A stretch of 64,000 nt of DNA from an uncultured Flavobacteriales bacterium. GTDB lineage: Bacteria; Bacteroidota; Bacteroidia; Flavobacteriales_D; Parvicellaceae. The notes below the pieces were generated by a model. It was not told the DNA's origin. It did not search any database and saw nothing but the letters and a program-made list of their open reading frames with translations. Within the stretch, counting starts at the first letter, position 1. Each line of letters opens with the position of its first letter. The stretch is from contig CAYVVI010000001.1 of the NCBI GenBank assembly GCA_964455265.1, positions 4,593 through 68,592 on the forward strand, written 5' to 3'. Positions 43,450 to 53,590 of the stretch are shown here, in pieces. The position numbers and the translations under genes are program-made.

Positions 43450-46400
43450 ATGGCAAATCCATGTTCAATATATAAAAATCCAATCCGTAGAGATGGAACA
43501 AGTCAAAATCAACGCTTATTAGCCACGTTTGATACAAACTATGCACTAATTGATGAGCGAAACATATTTGACATTTTAAATTATGCATACCGATATGCAC
43601 AGTACATTAAATATTATAACAACAATAATGAAAGTAATGACTGGAATTGGCAACCTTTTTTCGATAATGACTTTGTAAAACTTTCGTTTTTATTAGGTAG
43701 AAATAATATTAATGCAGAATATAAAAAATTAAAAGACCAACTAACGAGTTCTTCAGCGGTAGAAGACCTAAGAGAATTGGTAGATTTTGTTCTTTTATTA
43801 TTGAATGATTTTGATAAACTTCAAAATAATTCTGTAATTGGCAGTGAAAAGAACAATGCAGTTAAAGGCACAATAAAGGCATCTTTAGCCAATTTACTAA
43901 AAACGCTCATAGCATACGAAAAGGGTGCTGAATTTGTTTTCAACTCATCACCTAATGAATATGAAGTAAATAAACAATTATATTATACCCTTAGCTTTGA
44001 TTGGATAACCGATTCTCCTGCTATATCATGGGATGATTATATTGACAATATCGCAAAGGATGAAACAATCTTTAGCGGTTCTACTATTAATAAAAGCACA
44101 ATAAATGCTTTAGATGCCCTTATAAATGGAGGTTTCCTATTAGTTATTTTACCTTTTCTACAAGAAATAGAAGAGCAGTTTGATATTGAAGCGTCTGTAA
44201 AAGACAAACAAAATGTAGAACCATATTTTGCACTATTTCTATCTTTTTTGCAAATATTTAAACATGCGCAAAATCATATAAATACGTTTACTAAAAAACA
44301 CCTAGATTTTTATTATAGAGAGGTTTTGCAATTGGAACAAAAACCAGCTAACCCCGATACAGCACATATACTTTTTGAACTTGCTAAAGGAATTAACCAA
44401 CATCTTATAGAAGAAGGCACTTTACTAAATGCAGGTAAGGATGAATTGGGACAAGATGTGCTATTTAAAACAGATAAAGAAATAGTGGTGAATACCACAA
44501 AAGTTGCATCGCTTAAAACGGTGACGCTAAATAATAATCGAATTTATAGAACAGAAGTGGCCAATTCGTCTGATGGATTGGGTAGTGATGTAGATGCCTC
44601 TCCATGGAAGTTGTTTGGAGAAAGCGGCAAAAACGAAACGGAAATTGGTTTTGCTATAGCTTCTCCACAATTGCTAATGCGTGAAGGAACAAGGACGGCT
44701 ACCATAAGCATAACTTGTAATCAAACTATACCATCCGTTTCTTCAGATAAATTTAGCATACTATTAAGTGGTGAAGAAAATTGGATAAGTCCTGCTTCAC
44801 TACCATCTATTACTCGCTCTGGAAATACTATTACATTTGAGATAATCTTAGATAGAGATAAGCCAGCAGTGGTTCCTTATAATTCTGAAATTTTAGGCGG
44901 AAATTTTACTACAAAATGGCCTATTGTAAAAATACTTATAAAAGAATCAAGTACTATATATAATAGTTTTAAAACACTTAAATTAAATTCGTTTTCTATT
45001 AATGTCGATGTAAAAGAGGTTACTAATCTAATAGTACAAAACGATGAGGGGCAATTAGATCCTTCAAAGCCGTTTTTCCCTTTTACCAATAACCCAAAAA
45101 AAAATTCAGCATTTTATATTGGTAGTGCAGAAATTTTTAGAAAAAAACTAACCAGTCTTGATGTTAATATTGTTTGGCAAGGGGCTCCCACAGAGAGAAC
45201 TTCTACGGAAGACAATTTTAGATTACATTACAAAGAGTATAAAAGGGGAAGCGCACAAATAGTTTCGGGTAATCATTATTTTACAGCAAGAGCATCTCTT
45301 TTGGATGATTACAAGTGGATAGATCTTTCAACAACAGTCCCTATTAATTATAATGCAAATATTTTATCTGCTGAGGCGGTATCTGTTTCGCAAGGAGTAT
45401 CGGGAGTCTCCAATGTTATTTTACTTTTAATAGGATTGTTCTTAATGTTTATAGATCAGTTTAGAATTATAGATGGTCTTGCACTAGCTGCTACTTATGC
45501 TTTTTTCTATGGTCGGGCTGTAAATAAAAAATTACCCTTATTCGTGCACAATAAAACAAATGACTCTAGTATAATTTTAACTCCTGAAGGAAATATTGAA
45601 GGTCAAACTTTTGGAGATGCTACTGTACCAAGAAAAATACTAGTGAAGAACGCAGCGGCTGACGACTTAACTTTTAGTAAAGTAACAGGTTATAATAGGG
45701 ACATTACTTCAACAGAACTTTCGCCTTATAGTGCTTCGACCAAGCGAGGTTTTATTAAATTTGAATTAGACAACGACTTTCTACATAATTTATATCCAAA
45801 CCTTCTGACTAATACTGTGATATTAAAAGGGCAGTCCAACGATCCAGACTCCATTACTTTACCCAAGCAACCCTATACGCCCATTATAAAAGCGCTGTCT
45901 TTAGATTATACCTCTAGTCATACAGTAGAATTTGCTTCACAAACATTTGGTGATAGAGTGGAGCAGGTTTTCCATATAGGGCCTTTTGGCGAGACGGAAA
46001 TTTTTCATGAGAATTCAAATAATAAAATTAATGAGCCCAATGTTCTTAACACTCCATTCATCTTCCCTCAATTTGATGAACTAGGTTCTTTATACATTGG
46101 CTTAAGCGGTTTAAATGCACCTCAAAACCTTTCCCTCTTGTTCCAGTTTGCAGAAGGTACCGAAAACCCAGATGCAAGGGCTCCGAGGGTAATATGGAGT
46201 TATTTATCCAATAATCAATGGAAGCAATTTGAAAATGCAGCCATTGACGATGCCACACAGGGTTTGCTTACAAAAGGCATCGTAACGCTATCTATACCCA
46301 AAGATATTACACCCAATAATACTTACTTACCTAATGAATTATACTGGATAAAGGCATCCGCATTAAGAGAGTCTCAAATGCATAGTATTAATGCATTTAG

Positions 46401-47229
46401 TGATGTTTTAACTGTCAAGTCACAGGCGATAACCGCTTCTTTTTCTGATAATGAAAACGATTCAAACAGGTTACTTGATCCATTGCCTTCAGAAACTATT
46501 TCAAAGCTTCAAGAAAGAAGGTCTTCGGTAAAAACAGTTACTCAGCCATATCCGTCTTTCAATGGTAAAATAAGTGAAACGGGTATAAGTTTTTATAGAA
46601 GAGTTAGTGAGCGTTTAAGACACAAACACAGAGCGTTAACTATTCACGATATTGAACACCTAATTTTAGAACGCTATCCAGATATTTTTAAGGTAAAGTG
46701 CATTAATCATTTTAAAGACATAGACAATACTAAACATGCTGAATTAGCGCCAGGTAATTTATGTGTAGCATTAATTCCTAATGTAAAGCAATACACTAAT
46801 GCGCAAAACCCTTTTGAATTAAAATTAAGCCCAGCTAAAAGACAAGAAATTAAAACCTATTTAGAAAGCATAGCAACTCCTCTTGCAAACATTGAGGTTA
46901 GAAATCCTGATTATGATGCAATAGAAGTTACTGCTAAAGTAACATTTAGAAAAGGTTTTGATGAAACGTTCTATTCAAAGCAGCTTAGTCAAGATATAAA
47001 ACGATTTATTGCTCCATGGAGTTTTGGAGAGATTGAAAAAATAGCATTTGGAGGAAAATTGGATTCATCTGTGTTGGTTAATTTCATTGAGGAATTAAGC
47101 TATGTAAATTATATTACAAGTTTTACTATGAAACAATCATCTGCTATAGTACAGGAGGCAAATGCTATAAATCCTACAACCATCTTAACATCCAGTAATA
47201 CACATAAAATAAATGAAATTACAAGCTAA
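43450..47229 (+). CDS. large baseplate protein (gp6 / baseplate-J-like; Afp11-like)
   Basis: 1259 aa. The call rests on its size and its position after the gp25-like gene in the conserved eCIS gene order. No short motif is diagnostic by eye. Confidence 0.6.
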   Translation: MANPCSIYKNPIRRDGTSQNQRLLATFDTNYALIDERNIFDILNYAYRYAQYIKYYNNNNESNDWNWQPFFDNDFVKLSFLLGRNNINAEYKKLKDQLTSSSAVEDLRELVDFVLLLLNDFDKLQNNSVIGSEKNNAVKGTIKASLANLLKTLIAYEKGAEFVFNSSPNEYEVNKQLYYTLSFDWITDSPAISWDDYIDNIAKDETIFSGSTINKSTINALDALINGGFLLVILPFLQEIEEQFDIEASVKDKQNVEPYFALFLSFLQIFKHAQNHINTFTKKHLDFYYREVLQLEQKPANPDTAHILFELAKGINQHLIEEGTLLNAGKDELGQDVLFKTDKEIVVNTTKVASLKTVTLNNNRIYRTEVANSSDGLGSDVDASPWKLFGESGKNETEIGFAIASPQLLMREGTRTATISITCNQTIPSVSSDKFSILLSGEENWISPASLPSITRSGNTITFEIILDRDKPAVVPYNSEILGGNFTTKWPIVKILIKESSTIYNSFKTLKLNSFSINVDVKEVTNLIVQNDEGQLDPSKPFFPFTNNPKKNSAFYIGSAEIFRKKLTSLDVNIVWQGAPTERTSTEDNFRLHYKEYKRGSAQIVSGNHYFTARASLLDDYKWIDLSTTVPINYNANILSAEAVSVSQGVSGVSNVILLLIGLFLMFIDQFRIIDGLALAATYAFFYGRAVNKKLPLFVHNKTNDSSIILTPEGNIEGQTFGDATVPRKILVKNAAADDLTFSKVTGYNRDITSTELSPYSASTKRGFIKFELDNDFLHNLYPNLLTNTVILKGQSNDPDSITLPKQPYTPIIKALSLDYTSSHTVEFASQTFGDRVEQVFHIGPFGETEIFHENSNNKINEPNVLNTPFIFPQFDELGSLYIGLSGLNAPQNLSLLFQFAEGTENPDARAPRVIWSYLSNNQWKQFENAAIDDATQGLLTKGIVTLSIPKDITPNNTYLPNELYWIKASALRESQMHSINAFSDVLTVKSQAITASFSDNENDSNRLLDPLPSETISKLQERRSSVKTVTQPYPSFNGKISETGISFYRRVSERLRHKHRALTIHDIEHLILERYPDIFKVKCINHFKDIDNTKHAELAPGNLCVALIPNVKQYTNAQNPFELKLSPAKRQEIKTYLESIATPLANIEVRNPDYDAIEVTAKVTFRKGFDETFYSKQLSQDIKRFIAPWSFGEIEKIAFGGKLDSSVLVNFIEELSYVNYITSFTMKQSSAIVQEANAINPTTILTSSNTHKINEITS

Positions 47230-50200
47230 TGGAAGAGATACTTACAATAAACAAAAACAGAACACTTCTTCCTTCAGAAGATTATGAGCTTCTTAGAGAG
47301 GAAGGGCTGACACATATACAAAACCTAGCTGGAAAAGTATGGACAGACTATAATACGCATGATCCGGGTATTACGCTGTTAGAGTTGTTAAGTTATGCTA
47401 TTACAGATTTAGGATACAGAACAAGTAGAGATGTTAAAGATTTGATACAAGAAGAGGTTACCACGCCTCTAGCGTCCGATAGCTTTCATACCGCATTAAA
47501 TATTTTAACAACAAATCCTGTAAGTAGTATAGACATCCGTAAAATTTTAATAGACCGTGTACCTAGACTAAGAAATGCATGGATATTAAAATCAAAAAAA
47601 ACAGAAGTTTCTTATGGTCTAGATTATGCTAATAGTCAATTAATTTCAGGAAGTACTATAGAATCATTAAATGGTCTATATAAAATAATTTTAGAACCTA
47701 GAGCTAATGTAATAGATGTTGATAGTCTGGCTGATGAAGTTAAAGCCATATTGCATCAGTACAGAGGTCTATGTGAAGATTTTTTCGAAATAATAGTGAG
47801 TGAGAAAGAAGAAGTCTTTATAGAATCATCTATTGAAATTGAAAAAGAAGCGGATCCCGAAGCTGTTTTGGCAGAAATATATTTTCGCATAGGAAAACTC
47901 ATTGCTCCTACTGTTAAGTTTTACTCTTTTGATGAAATGAAGAAAAGGGGCAACACTACAGAAGATATTTTTGAAGGTCCCATTTTACAAAATGGGTTTA
48001 TTGATACAAATGAATTATCTCAAATAGAACCAAAAGTGGAGATATACACTTCTGATATTATTAATGAAATAATGGATATAGAAGGAGTGCTTGAGGTAAA
48101 CAATATAGATGTGTTTAGTTTTGTTGATAGTCGAGTTCCTAAAATTTCTGATGCGGATGCGAATAGTGAAGGATGGATTTTGACTTTAAGAAAAAACATA
48201 ACTAATGATTCAGAAAATTACAACCCTGTTTTTAGTAACCTGCTAGAAGAGAATCATACAAAAATTCTTTTATATAAAGGGACTTCTCCAATAAAAGAAG
48301 AGGACATAGACGAAGGTACTGTTATTAAAAGATTTGAGAATCTTCTTTTATCAGACCAAAAAACAGCAGGAGTAAATGATTTAGAAATTCCTGAAGGAAG
48401 ATTTGAAAACATACAAGAATACTCTGCCATCCAAGATGAATTACCACTTTCTTACGGAACAGGACAATTTGGTTTGCCTGAAAGCGCTTCTCCGAAAAGA
48501 AAAGGACAAGCCAAGCAACTTAAAGCATATCTGATTTTCTTTGAACAATTATTAGCAAATTACTTATCTCAGCTTGAAAATTCAAAAGATTTGCTTTCAT
48601 GGAAAACCCTAGATAAGACCTACTACTCACAAAAAATAAACGATGCTATTAAAGATGGGGATGATTTGCTTGATGGTGATTTAACCGAAACCAAACTAGA
48701 CGATTTGGCGGAAAATGAACTTACATTTTTCGACAGACGAAATCGTTTTCTAGAACATCAAATAGCCCGGTTTAATGAGGAAATGGTAGAGTACAGCATT
48801 ATGATGTATGGAATTTTATCCTTTCAGGAAGCCAATACAGACCTAATAGAAGACCGCACCAAATTCTTAGAAGAATATCCCATTCTCAGTGCCGACAGAG
48901 GTAAAGGATTCAATTATAAAAATGATGGTAACGTTTGGAATACAGATAACGTGCCTGGTTATCAAAAACGCGTAGCAAGATTATTAGGTATAGATGACTA
49001 CGATAGGAGGTTTTTAAATGTAGTGGATTTGACAGAATATCCAGAATTACCAGAAGAGACAGAAGTTGCAACAGAATTATCGGAAGGATTACATGTACTT
49101 GAACACATTTTATTCAGACCAAAGGTTACAGCAGATGCTTTCTTAAAAGTTAATTTAGGTTCTGACAAGCCCAATACGTGCTCTTTTGATGAAGATCCTT
49201 ATTCGTTTAGAATGACGGTTATTTTACCTGCGTTTTTATTAGATGAAAACAATAATAAGATAGGACGCGCTACTGAATTTAATTTCAGAAAACATGCCGA
49301 AAAAATAATGCGTATGGAAGCTCCAGCGCATATTGCCGTTGACATTATATGGGTTGACCCAACAAGTGTTGAATTTGCTCTATTTGAAAATTGCTATAAG
49401 GCATGGCTTATGGAAAATGCAAAAGCCAGCCCTAACCAAACAATACTAACAGAAAAGTTGAATTGTTTACTTGGCAATCTCAATCAGCTTGAAGACGTTT
49501 ATGAAGCGTTTTATACTGTCAATACTCCAAGAAATGAGGATACCTATACAACTAAACATGAAATTTTAGCAACTGTATTTGATCCTGTTGCTCCTATTGT
49601 AGAGGCACGAATAGAAAAAATTGAAAACATTGAAAATAGGGTTGGCAGTAATCCTTCAACAATAAGAGACATGCCTCTGCATTTTGTCGGAAATGATAAT
49701 ACAGTACTAGACAACCCTAAATCAGGTCTTAATTATAGCTCTACAAATCCTTTGATTCGCTTTTTGAACTATAAACCAGCGGGCTATACAGATATATCAG
49801 GACCGGGTATAGATCCAAGGGTAAATGATGTAGGAACATTTTCAATTTTAGATGAAACGATACAAAACAAAGCCGGGAAATGGCGTTTAGATATTATCAC
49901 CACAAATGAACTTGGTGGGCAAACACTTCATAAAATAATCATAGAAATTATTGATGACCATGAAGCCGTTTATGTTGTAGAAGATCCTTTTAATGAAGAT
50001 ACTTATGAAAAATGGGATATACTGGCCCGTGTAAGTGATAACGATGATGAGGATGCACAGAAAATAATTAGTGCTATTATTGAAGGAATTACCCCATCAA
50101 ATTCGGCAGGAAGTTCTAACCCAACAGACCCAACATACTTAAAAGAAACTATAGGCATTGTTATCTCGAAAGGAGTTAGTCCCATAGTTAGGGATATATA

Positions 50201-51086
50201 CGATATAAGTGGCTCTGATATTCTTGTTGATACTACAGATAATTTAAACGTAGGCGATATAGTAGTTTTGGATGAAACTAAACTTAAAAACTTTCCAAAA
50301 TCTTCTGGTCACTATACTTTTAGTCTTCAAATAAAAACAGTAGATGAAGATGGAGGTATTACTAATCATAGTAATGCAAATAACAAACAAGTACTTATTA
50401 AAATTCTTGCAGATATTGAAGCTGTTTACACGGTAACCCCTGCTAAGTCTGTATATGCCTATACTCAAGGTGAGATACTTGCAACAGTAAGCGATGGAAA
50501 TGGAAATGTAAACTCTGCACAACAAATCGGTGGTAGTCTTCCGCCTAGCACAACTTTAAATCTAAATAATGGAACAATAGCAATTAGTAATAGAGATGCA
50601 TTTATAGAAGGTGTAAATTCAGATTTAGGTTATCCAGCAGAATTTAGTAAATATATCAATTGTGATTATAAAGATGCTGCACCTCTCTCAAGCGTATCGT
50701 ATACATCAACCATTAAAACGGTTGATAATACAGGCGGAATTACGGTGCAAGATGTTACTATAACCATTAATAGAGACGAACCAGCTGTTTATACTTTCAG
50801 CAACAAAGCAATTATATCCTCAGATAGAATTATTATTTATGAGGGAGAATTTGAACAAGGTGAAGTGATAGCCACAGTTAAAGACCCAGATGGCCCTAGC
50901 CCAAATAATCCTGTTAATTCGGCCATACGTTGCGGCAATTTTATAGATGGTGCCGTTCTTAATCCTAATAACGGAGCTATTACTGTAAGTCTTACACGAA
51001 TTATACTTGCAGATACTACAGCGGTGTTAAACGAAGACACCAATACACAAACATCAACTCCTAATAGTACTAATCAAGTTAACTAA
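47229..51086 (+). CDS. large baseplate protein (gp7 / Afp12-like) with C-terminal Ig/cadherin-like repeats
   Basis: 1285 aa. Its start overlaps the previous stop (ATAATGG). The C-terminal 520 aa or so contain about four copies of the (E/P)A(V/F)YTV...LATVSD..G...SA...G.LP...LN..NG.I.. repeat also found in 57206-61084. Confidence 0.6.
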   Translation: MEEILTINKNRTLLPSEDYELLREEGLTHIQNLAGKVWTDYNTHDPGITLLELLSYAITDLGYRTSRDVKDLIQEEVTTPLASDSFHTALNILTTNPVSSIDIRKILIDRVPRLRNAWILKSKKTEVSYGLDYANSQLISGSTIESLNGLYKIILEPRANVIDVDSLADEVKAILHQYRGLCEDFFEIIVSEKEEVFIESSIEIEKEADPEAVLAEIYFRIGKLIAPTVKFYSFDEMKKRGNTTEDIFEGPILQNGFIDTNELSQIEPKVEIYTSDIINEIMDIEGVLEVNNIDVFSFVDSRVPKISDADANSEGWILTLRKNITNDSENYNPVFSNLLEENHTKILLYKGTSPIKEEDIDEGTVIKRFENLLLSDQKTAGVNDLEIPEGRFENIQEYSAIQDELPLSYGTGQFGLPESASPKRKGQAKQLKAYLIFFEQLLANYLSQLENSKDLLSWKTLDKTYYSQKINDAIKDGDDLLDGDLTETKLDDLAENELTFFDRRNRFLEHQIARFNEEMVEYSIMMYGILSFQEANTDLIEDRTKFLEEYPILSADRGKGFNYKNDGNVWNTDNVPGYQKRVARLLGIDDYDRRFLNVVDLTEYPELPEETEVATELSEGLHVLEHILFRPKVTADAFLKVNLGSDKPNTCSFDEDPYSFRMTVILPAFLLDENNNKIGRATEFNFRKHAEKIMRMEAPAHIAVDIIWVDPTSVEFALFENCYKAWLMENAKASPNQTILTEKLNCLLGNLNQLEDVYEAFYTVNTPRNEDTYTTKHEILATVFDPVAPIVEARIEKIENIENRVGSNPSTIRDMPLHFVGNDNTVLDNPKSGLNYSSTNPLIRFLNYKPAGYTDISGPGIDPRVNDVGTFSILDETIQNKAGKWRLDIITTNELGGQTLHKIIIEIIDDHEAVYVVEDPFNEDTYEKWDILARVSDNDDEDAQKIISAIIEGITPSNSAGSSNPTDPTYLKETIGIVISKGVSPIVRDIYDISGSDILVDTTDNLNVGDIVVLDETKLKNFPKSSGHYTFSLQIKTVDEDGGITNHSNANNKQVLIKILADIEAVYTVTPAKSVYAYTQGEILATVSDGNGNVNSAQQIGGSLPPSTTLNLNNGTIAISNRDAFIEGVNSDLGYPAEFSKYINCDYKDAAPLSSVSYTSTIKTVDNTGGITVQDVTITINRDEPAVYTFSNKAIISSDRIIIYEGEFEQGEVIATVKDPDGPSPNNPVNSAIRCGNFIDGAVLNPNNGAITVSLTRIILADTTAVLNEDTNTQTSTPNSTNQVN

Positions 51087-51094
51087 GTTTTACT

Positions 51095-51499
51095 ATGGCA
51101 CAAGAGACAAGATACACAAGCGAAGCAACAGCAACAGCAGAAGGGACAACAAGAGATGCTGGAGGAACTACTACGGTAACAAAAATAGATACTACTCGTC
51201 CTATTTATCAAGAACCTATCAGAGAAGTTCCTGTAAAACCTATATCACCAGTTACTCCTCCAACAACTGGACTTAAGGCCGGTGTTTATGATTTTGTAAT
51301 TACTACGGTAGATCAATTTGGGGGACCAACTTATCATAAGTTTAAAGTAGAAGTGAGACCAGGAAAAAGAGGGAGTACAACACCAAATGTTCAACAAGAG
51401 TTTGCTTTTACGGAGCAAAACTTTGATAAATATACTGAAATATACCAACCCACTTTAGATAATTCTACCCTTGAAAGACAAACAATAAAGTTAGCGTAA
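51095..51499 (+). CDS. small Thr/Pro-rich protein ending in a partial Ig-like repeat
   Basis: 134 aa with a T/P-rich N-terminal half. The segment GVYDFVITTVDQFGGPTYHKFKVEV matches the distal part of the Ig-like repeat. Confidence 0.5.
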   Translation: MAQETRYTSEATATAEGTTRDAGGTTTVTKIDTTRPIYQEPIREVPVKPISPVTPPTTGLKAGVYDFVITTVDQFGGPTYHKFKVEVRPGKRGSTTPNVQQEFAFTEQNFDKYTEIYQPTLDNSTLERQTIKLA

Positions 51500-51521
51500 A
51501 AATCACTAAATTTACTTTACC

Positions 51522-52661
51522 ATGCGCGAACGCCTACATAGACCCATAAGACAAGAAGAACCCGCTATAAGAAGCGAGAACGATAATGCTATGCAGGCAA
51601 ACGAAACGGAATCAACGCAATCCGATTTAAATTCGTCTAACGATTACAGCCTTCTTGATGCCTTCCCTAACGGGGTATTTGGAGATAGAAATAAAGTCGA
51701 TAATATCTTTACGCAACTTAGAGGACATACCATTAACCCCGATGACTTCCCTAATGGAATGCTTGGAGGCAACAATGTGGATACACCTAAGCAAGAAGAA
51801 GATTTAGCTGAAAATAAAAACACTCATCACCAAGAAGTAGCACAAAATAAAGATGCTTTACTCAGCAGTACAATTCCACCGCACAATTTAAAAGTACAAA
51901 AACACACCATACAACAGGGCGAAACCCTTACATCTATAGCCAAAAAATATGGAGTTAGTGTGCAAAGCTTGGCTAAATGGAACAACATTGCTGATATAAA
52001 CAAAATTATAGCAGGTGATAGCTTAATTGTTTCTGACCCTAACCGACCTACCGATTGGGCTAAATTTACGGTCTACCCTACCGTTAAAGAATCATCTGGG
52101 TGGCTATTTGGTGCTGAGGGTACGCAATCCATCAGTGTAACAAGTGGTATAGAACTGGCCTCGGCATCTATTTTAAATTACGATGTTGTATATTTAAAGG
52201 GTAATTTGCTTGACCAAATAAAAAAAGACCCTGATATGCTAGCTAAAGAAAATATCCTAATTAATAAATTAAAAAATGACCTTCGGTTTGGTAAGGAAAG
52301 TTTCTACTATACAAACCAATTTGGTGTTGAGTTTGGTGGCAAACGTTGGTCTGCACCCAACGAAGAATGGAGTTCTACAGATGCTAACAACCCCTTGCTG
52401 CATAAAGAAACGCTTAACGTAGCCACGAATGAGTTAACTTGGGTACTGCGCCATGCAACCGTAAAATATTGGGCAGAAGTGAGTGCCGATGGCAGTATTA
52501 CAATTCAGTATAGACTATGGGATAGACTGGACTTGAGTGGCTCTAAAGGCCGCTCAGAAGCTTACAACACCATATCCGATGTGTTGGGCTTTATGTATCA
52601 CGATATGGCAGGAGGAAATATAAACCTACAAACCCGAGCAGAATGGAGCGTAAGCAAATAA
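51522..52661 (+). CDS. leader-bearing cargo candidate: leader + LysM + unknown C-terminal domain
   Basis: Has the long-form leader. The LysM domain is HTIQQGETLTSIAKKYGVSVQSLAKWNNIADINKIIAGDSLIV. The C-terminal domain of about 200 aa was not recognised. Confidence 0.7.
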   Translation: MRERLHRPIRQEEPAIRSENDNAMQANETESTQSDLNSSNDYSLLDAFPNGVFGDRNKVDNIFTQLRGHTINPDDFPNGMLGGNNVDTPKQEEDLAENKNTHHQEVAQNKDALLSSTIPPHNLKVQKHTIQQGETLTSIAKKYGVSVQSLAKWNNIADINKIIAGDSLIVSDPNRPTDWAKFTVYPTVKESSGWLFGAEGTQSISVTSGIELASASILNYDVVYLKGNLLDQIKKDPDMLAKENILINKLKNDLRFGKESFYYTNQFGVEFGGKRWSAPNEEWSSTDANNPLLHKETLNVATNELTWVLRHATVKYWAEVSADGSITIQYRLWDRLDLSGSKGRSEAYNTISDVLGFMYHDMAGGNINLQTRAEWSVSK

Positions 52662-53500
52662 TACACTATGGTAGGCTACTGCTAATGGCAGTAGCTTTAC
52701 AAGCATGTTTTAACAATAACGACAAAAAGATGAATTCCAGAAACAATACTAATGAGTTTAATAAAAAAGGATTTTACACAACATTTTCAAAGGACTGGGA
52801 CTTGGATATTATACCACTGATTGAACCATTTCGTTTAGAATCAACAGATCGTGGACAATCTTGGTATTTAGTCCATGACAGTTTAATTTCTTACTCAACT
52901 GAGCATGGAAAAGGAATTGAAAATGTGAAAAGGTTTGGAATTTCGAAAAATTATTTCTTTGGAAAAGATGAAAATAGCTGGTTTTTCTATGATACAAAGT
53001 CAAGTCTATATGCAAGTTATAAAAGTGAAGAAGAACTTATTAAATGCCTTAATTCATTTAATATTCCTGTTACAATAATTAAAAGTTGTAAAGAGTACCA
53101 AGAAGACATCAGCAAAAGTGGAAAATGCTATTGGTTTCCAAATCAAGGACAAAGATACAATGAAGAACATGAACTTAACCCCAAGAATATTGTTAATCTT
53201 AATGCTTTTGGTGATGATATTACAAACGCAGGATTTAATTCTCCATCCTCAATAAAGAAGCAAAGTAACAATATTTATTTTTTTAGATTAAGTATAGATA
53301 ATAAAGAAAACGACCTCCTGTATTTTGGCATAAACTGGAAATCTTTCATTCTAATTAGGGACGGTATTATTGTTCCAGTTTTTATTGACTCAGATAACTT
53401 CAATATCACTTTATATACTCCGTTTCCCATAGCCCAAAAAAAGGGAATTGCTGAGAATAAACGAATTTACATAGTAAAAATGATAACGATAAAAGAATAA
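52643..53500 (+). CDS. lipoprotein (candidate immunity protein, paralog 1)
   Basis: Signal/lipobox LLLMAVALQAC. It overlaps the stop of the upstream cargo gene by 19 nt. Confidence 0.6.
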   Translation: MERKQIIHYGRLLLMAVALQACFNNNDKKMNSRNNTNEFNKKGFYTTFSKDWDLDIIPLIEPFRLESTDRGQSWYLVHDSLISYSTEHGKGIENVKRFGISKNYFFGKDENSWFFYDTKSSLYASYKSEEELIKCLNSFNIPVTIIKSCKEYQEDISKSGKCYWFPNQGQRYNEEHELNPKNIVNLNAFGDDITNAGFNSPSSIKKQSNNIYFFRLSIDNKENDLLYFGINWKSFILIRDGIIVPVFIDSDNFNITLYTPFPIAQKKGIAENKRIYIVKMITIKE

Positions 53501-53520
53501 ATGCTTTTAAGAGAGACATA

Positions 53521-53555
53521 AATTTGACGAAAAAAGAACTTTACCTTGGTTAAAG
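53521..53555 (+). pseudogene. remnant of the 3' end of a lipoprotein-immunity paralog
   Basis: AATTTGACGAAAAAAGAACTTTACCTTGGTTAAAG matches the 3' end of 53591-54112 (CAATTTGACGAAAAAAGAACTTTGCCTTGGCTAAAA, encoding FDEKRTLPWLK) but has no ORF body upstream of it. Confidence 0.55.
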
Positions 53556-53590
53556 TAAAGCGTGCTATATTATTTATAAACTCGAGCAGA

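Noticed and set aside
34734-51086. Could the sheath/tube/baseplate cluster be a prophage tail, an R-type tailocin or a Bacteroidota T6SS-iii?
   Set aside because: The window has no capsid, portal, terminase or tail-completion genes. It has no two-subunit TssB/TssC sheath, TssK or ClpV. The DUF4255 cap, the LysM tube-initiator, the small MPVEIKEL protein, the giant gp6/gp7-like proteins and an Afp15-like AAA+ ATPase are the eCIS signature. This should still be confirmed with profile searches and the flanking sequence.
51522-51812. Is the shared N-terminal leader the DUF4157 domain already known to accompany eCIS toxins, or a Sec/lipoprotein/T9SS signal?
   Set aside because: It has no HExxH zincin motif and none of the DUF4157 pattern. 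It has no hydrophobic h-region or lipobox. T9SS sorting domains are C-terminal. It therefore appears distinct, pending an HMM comparison.
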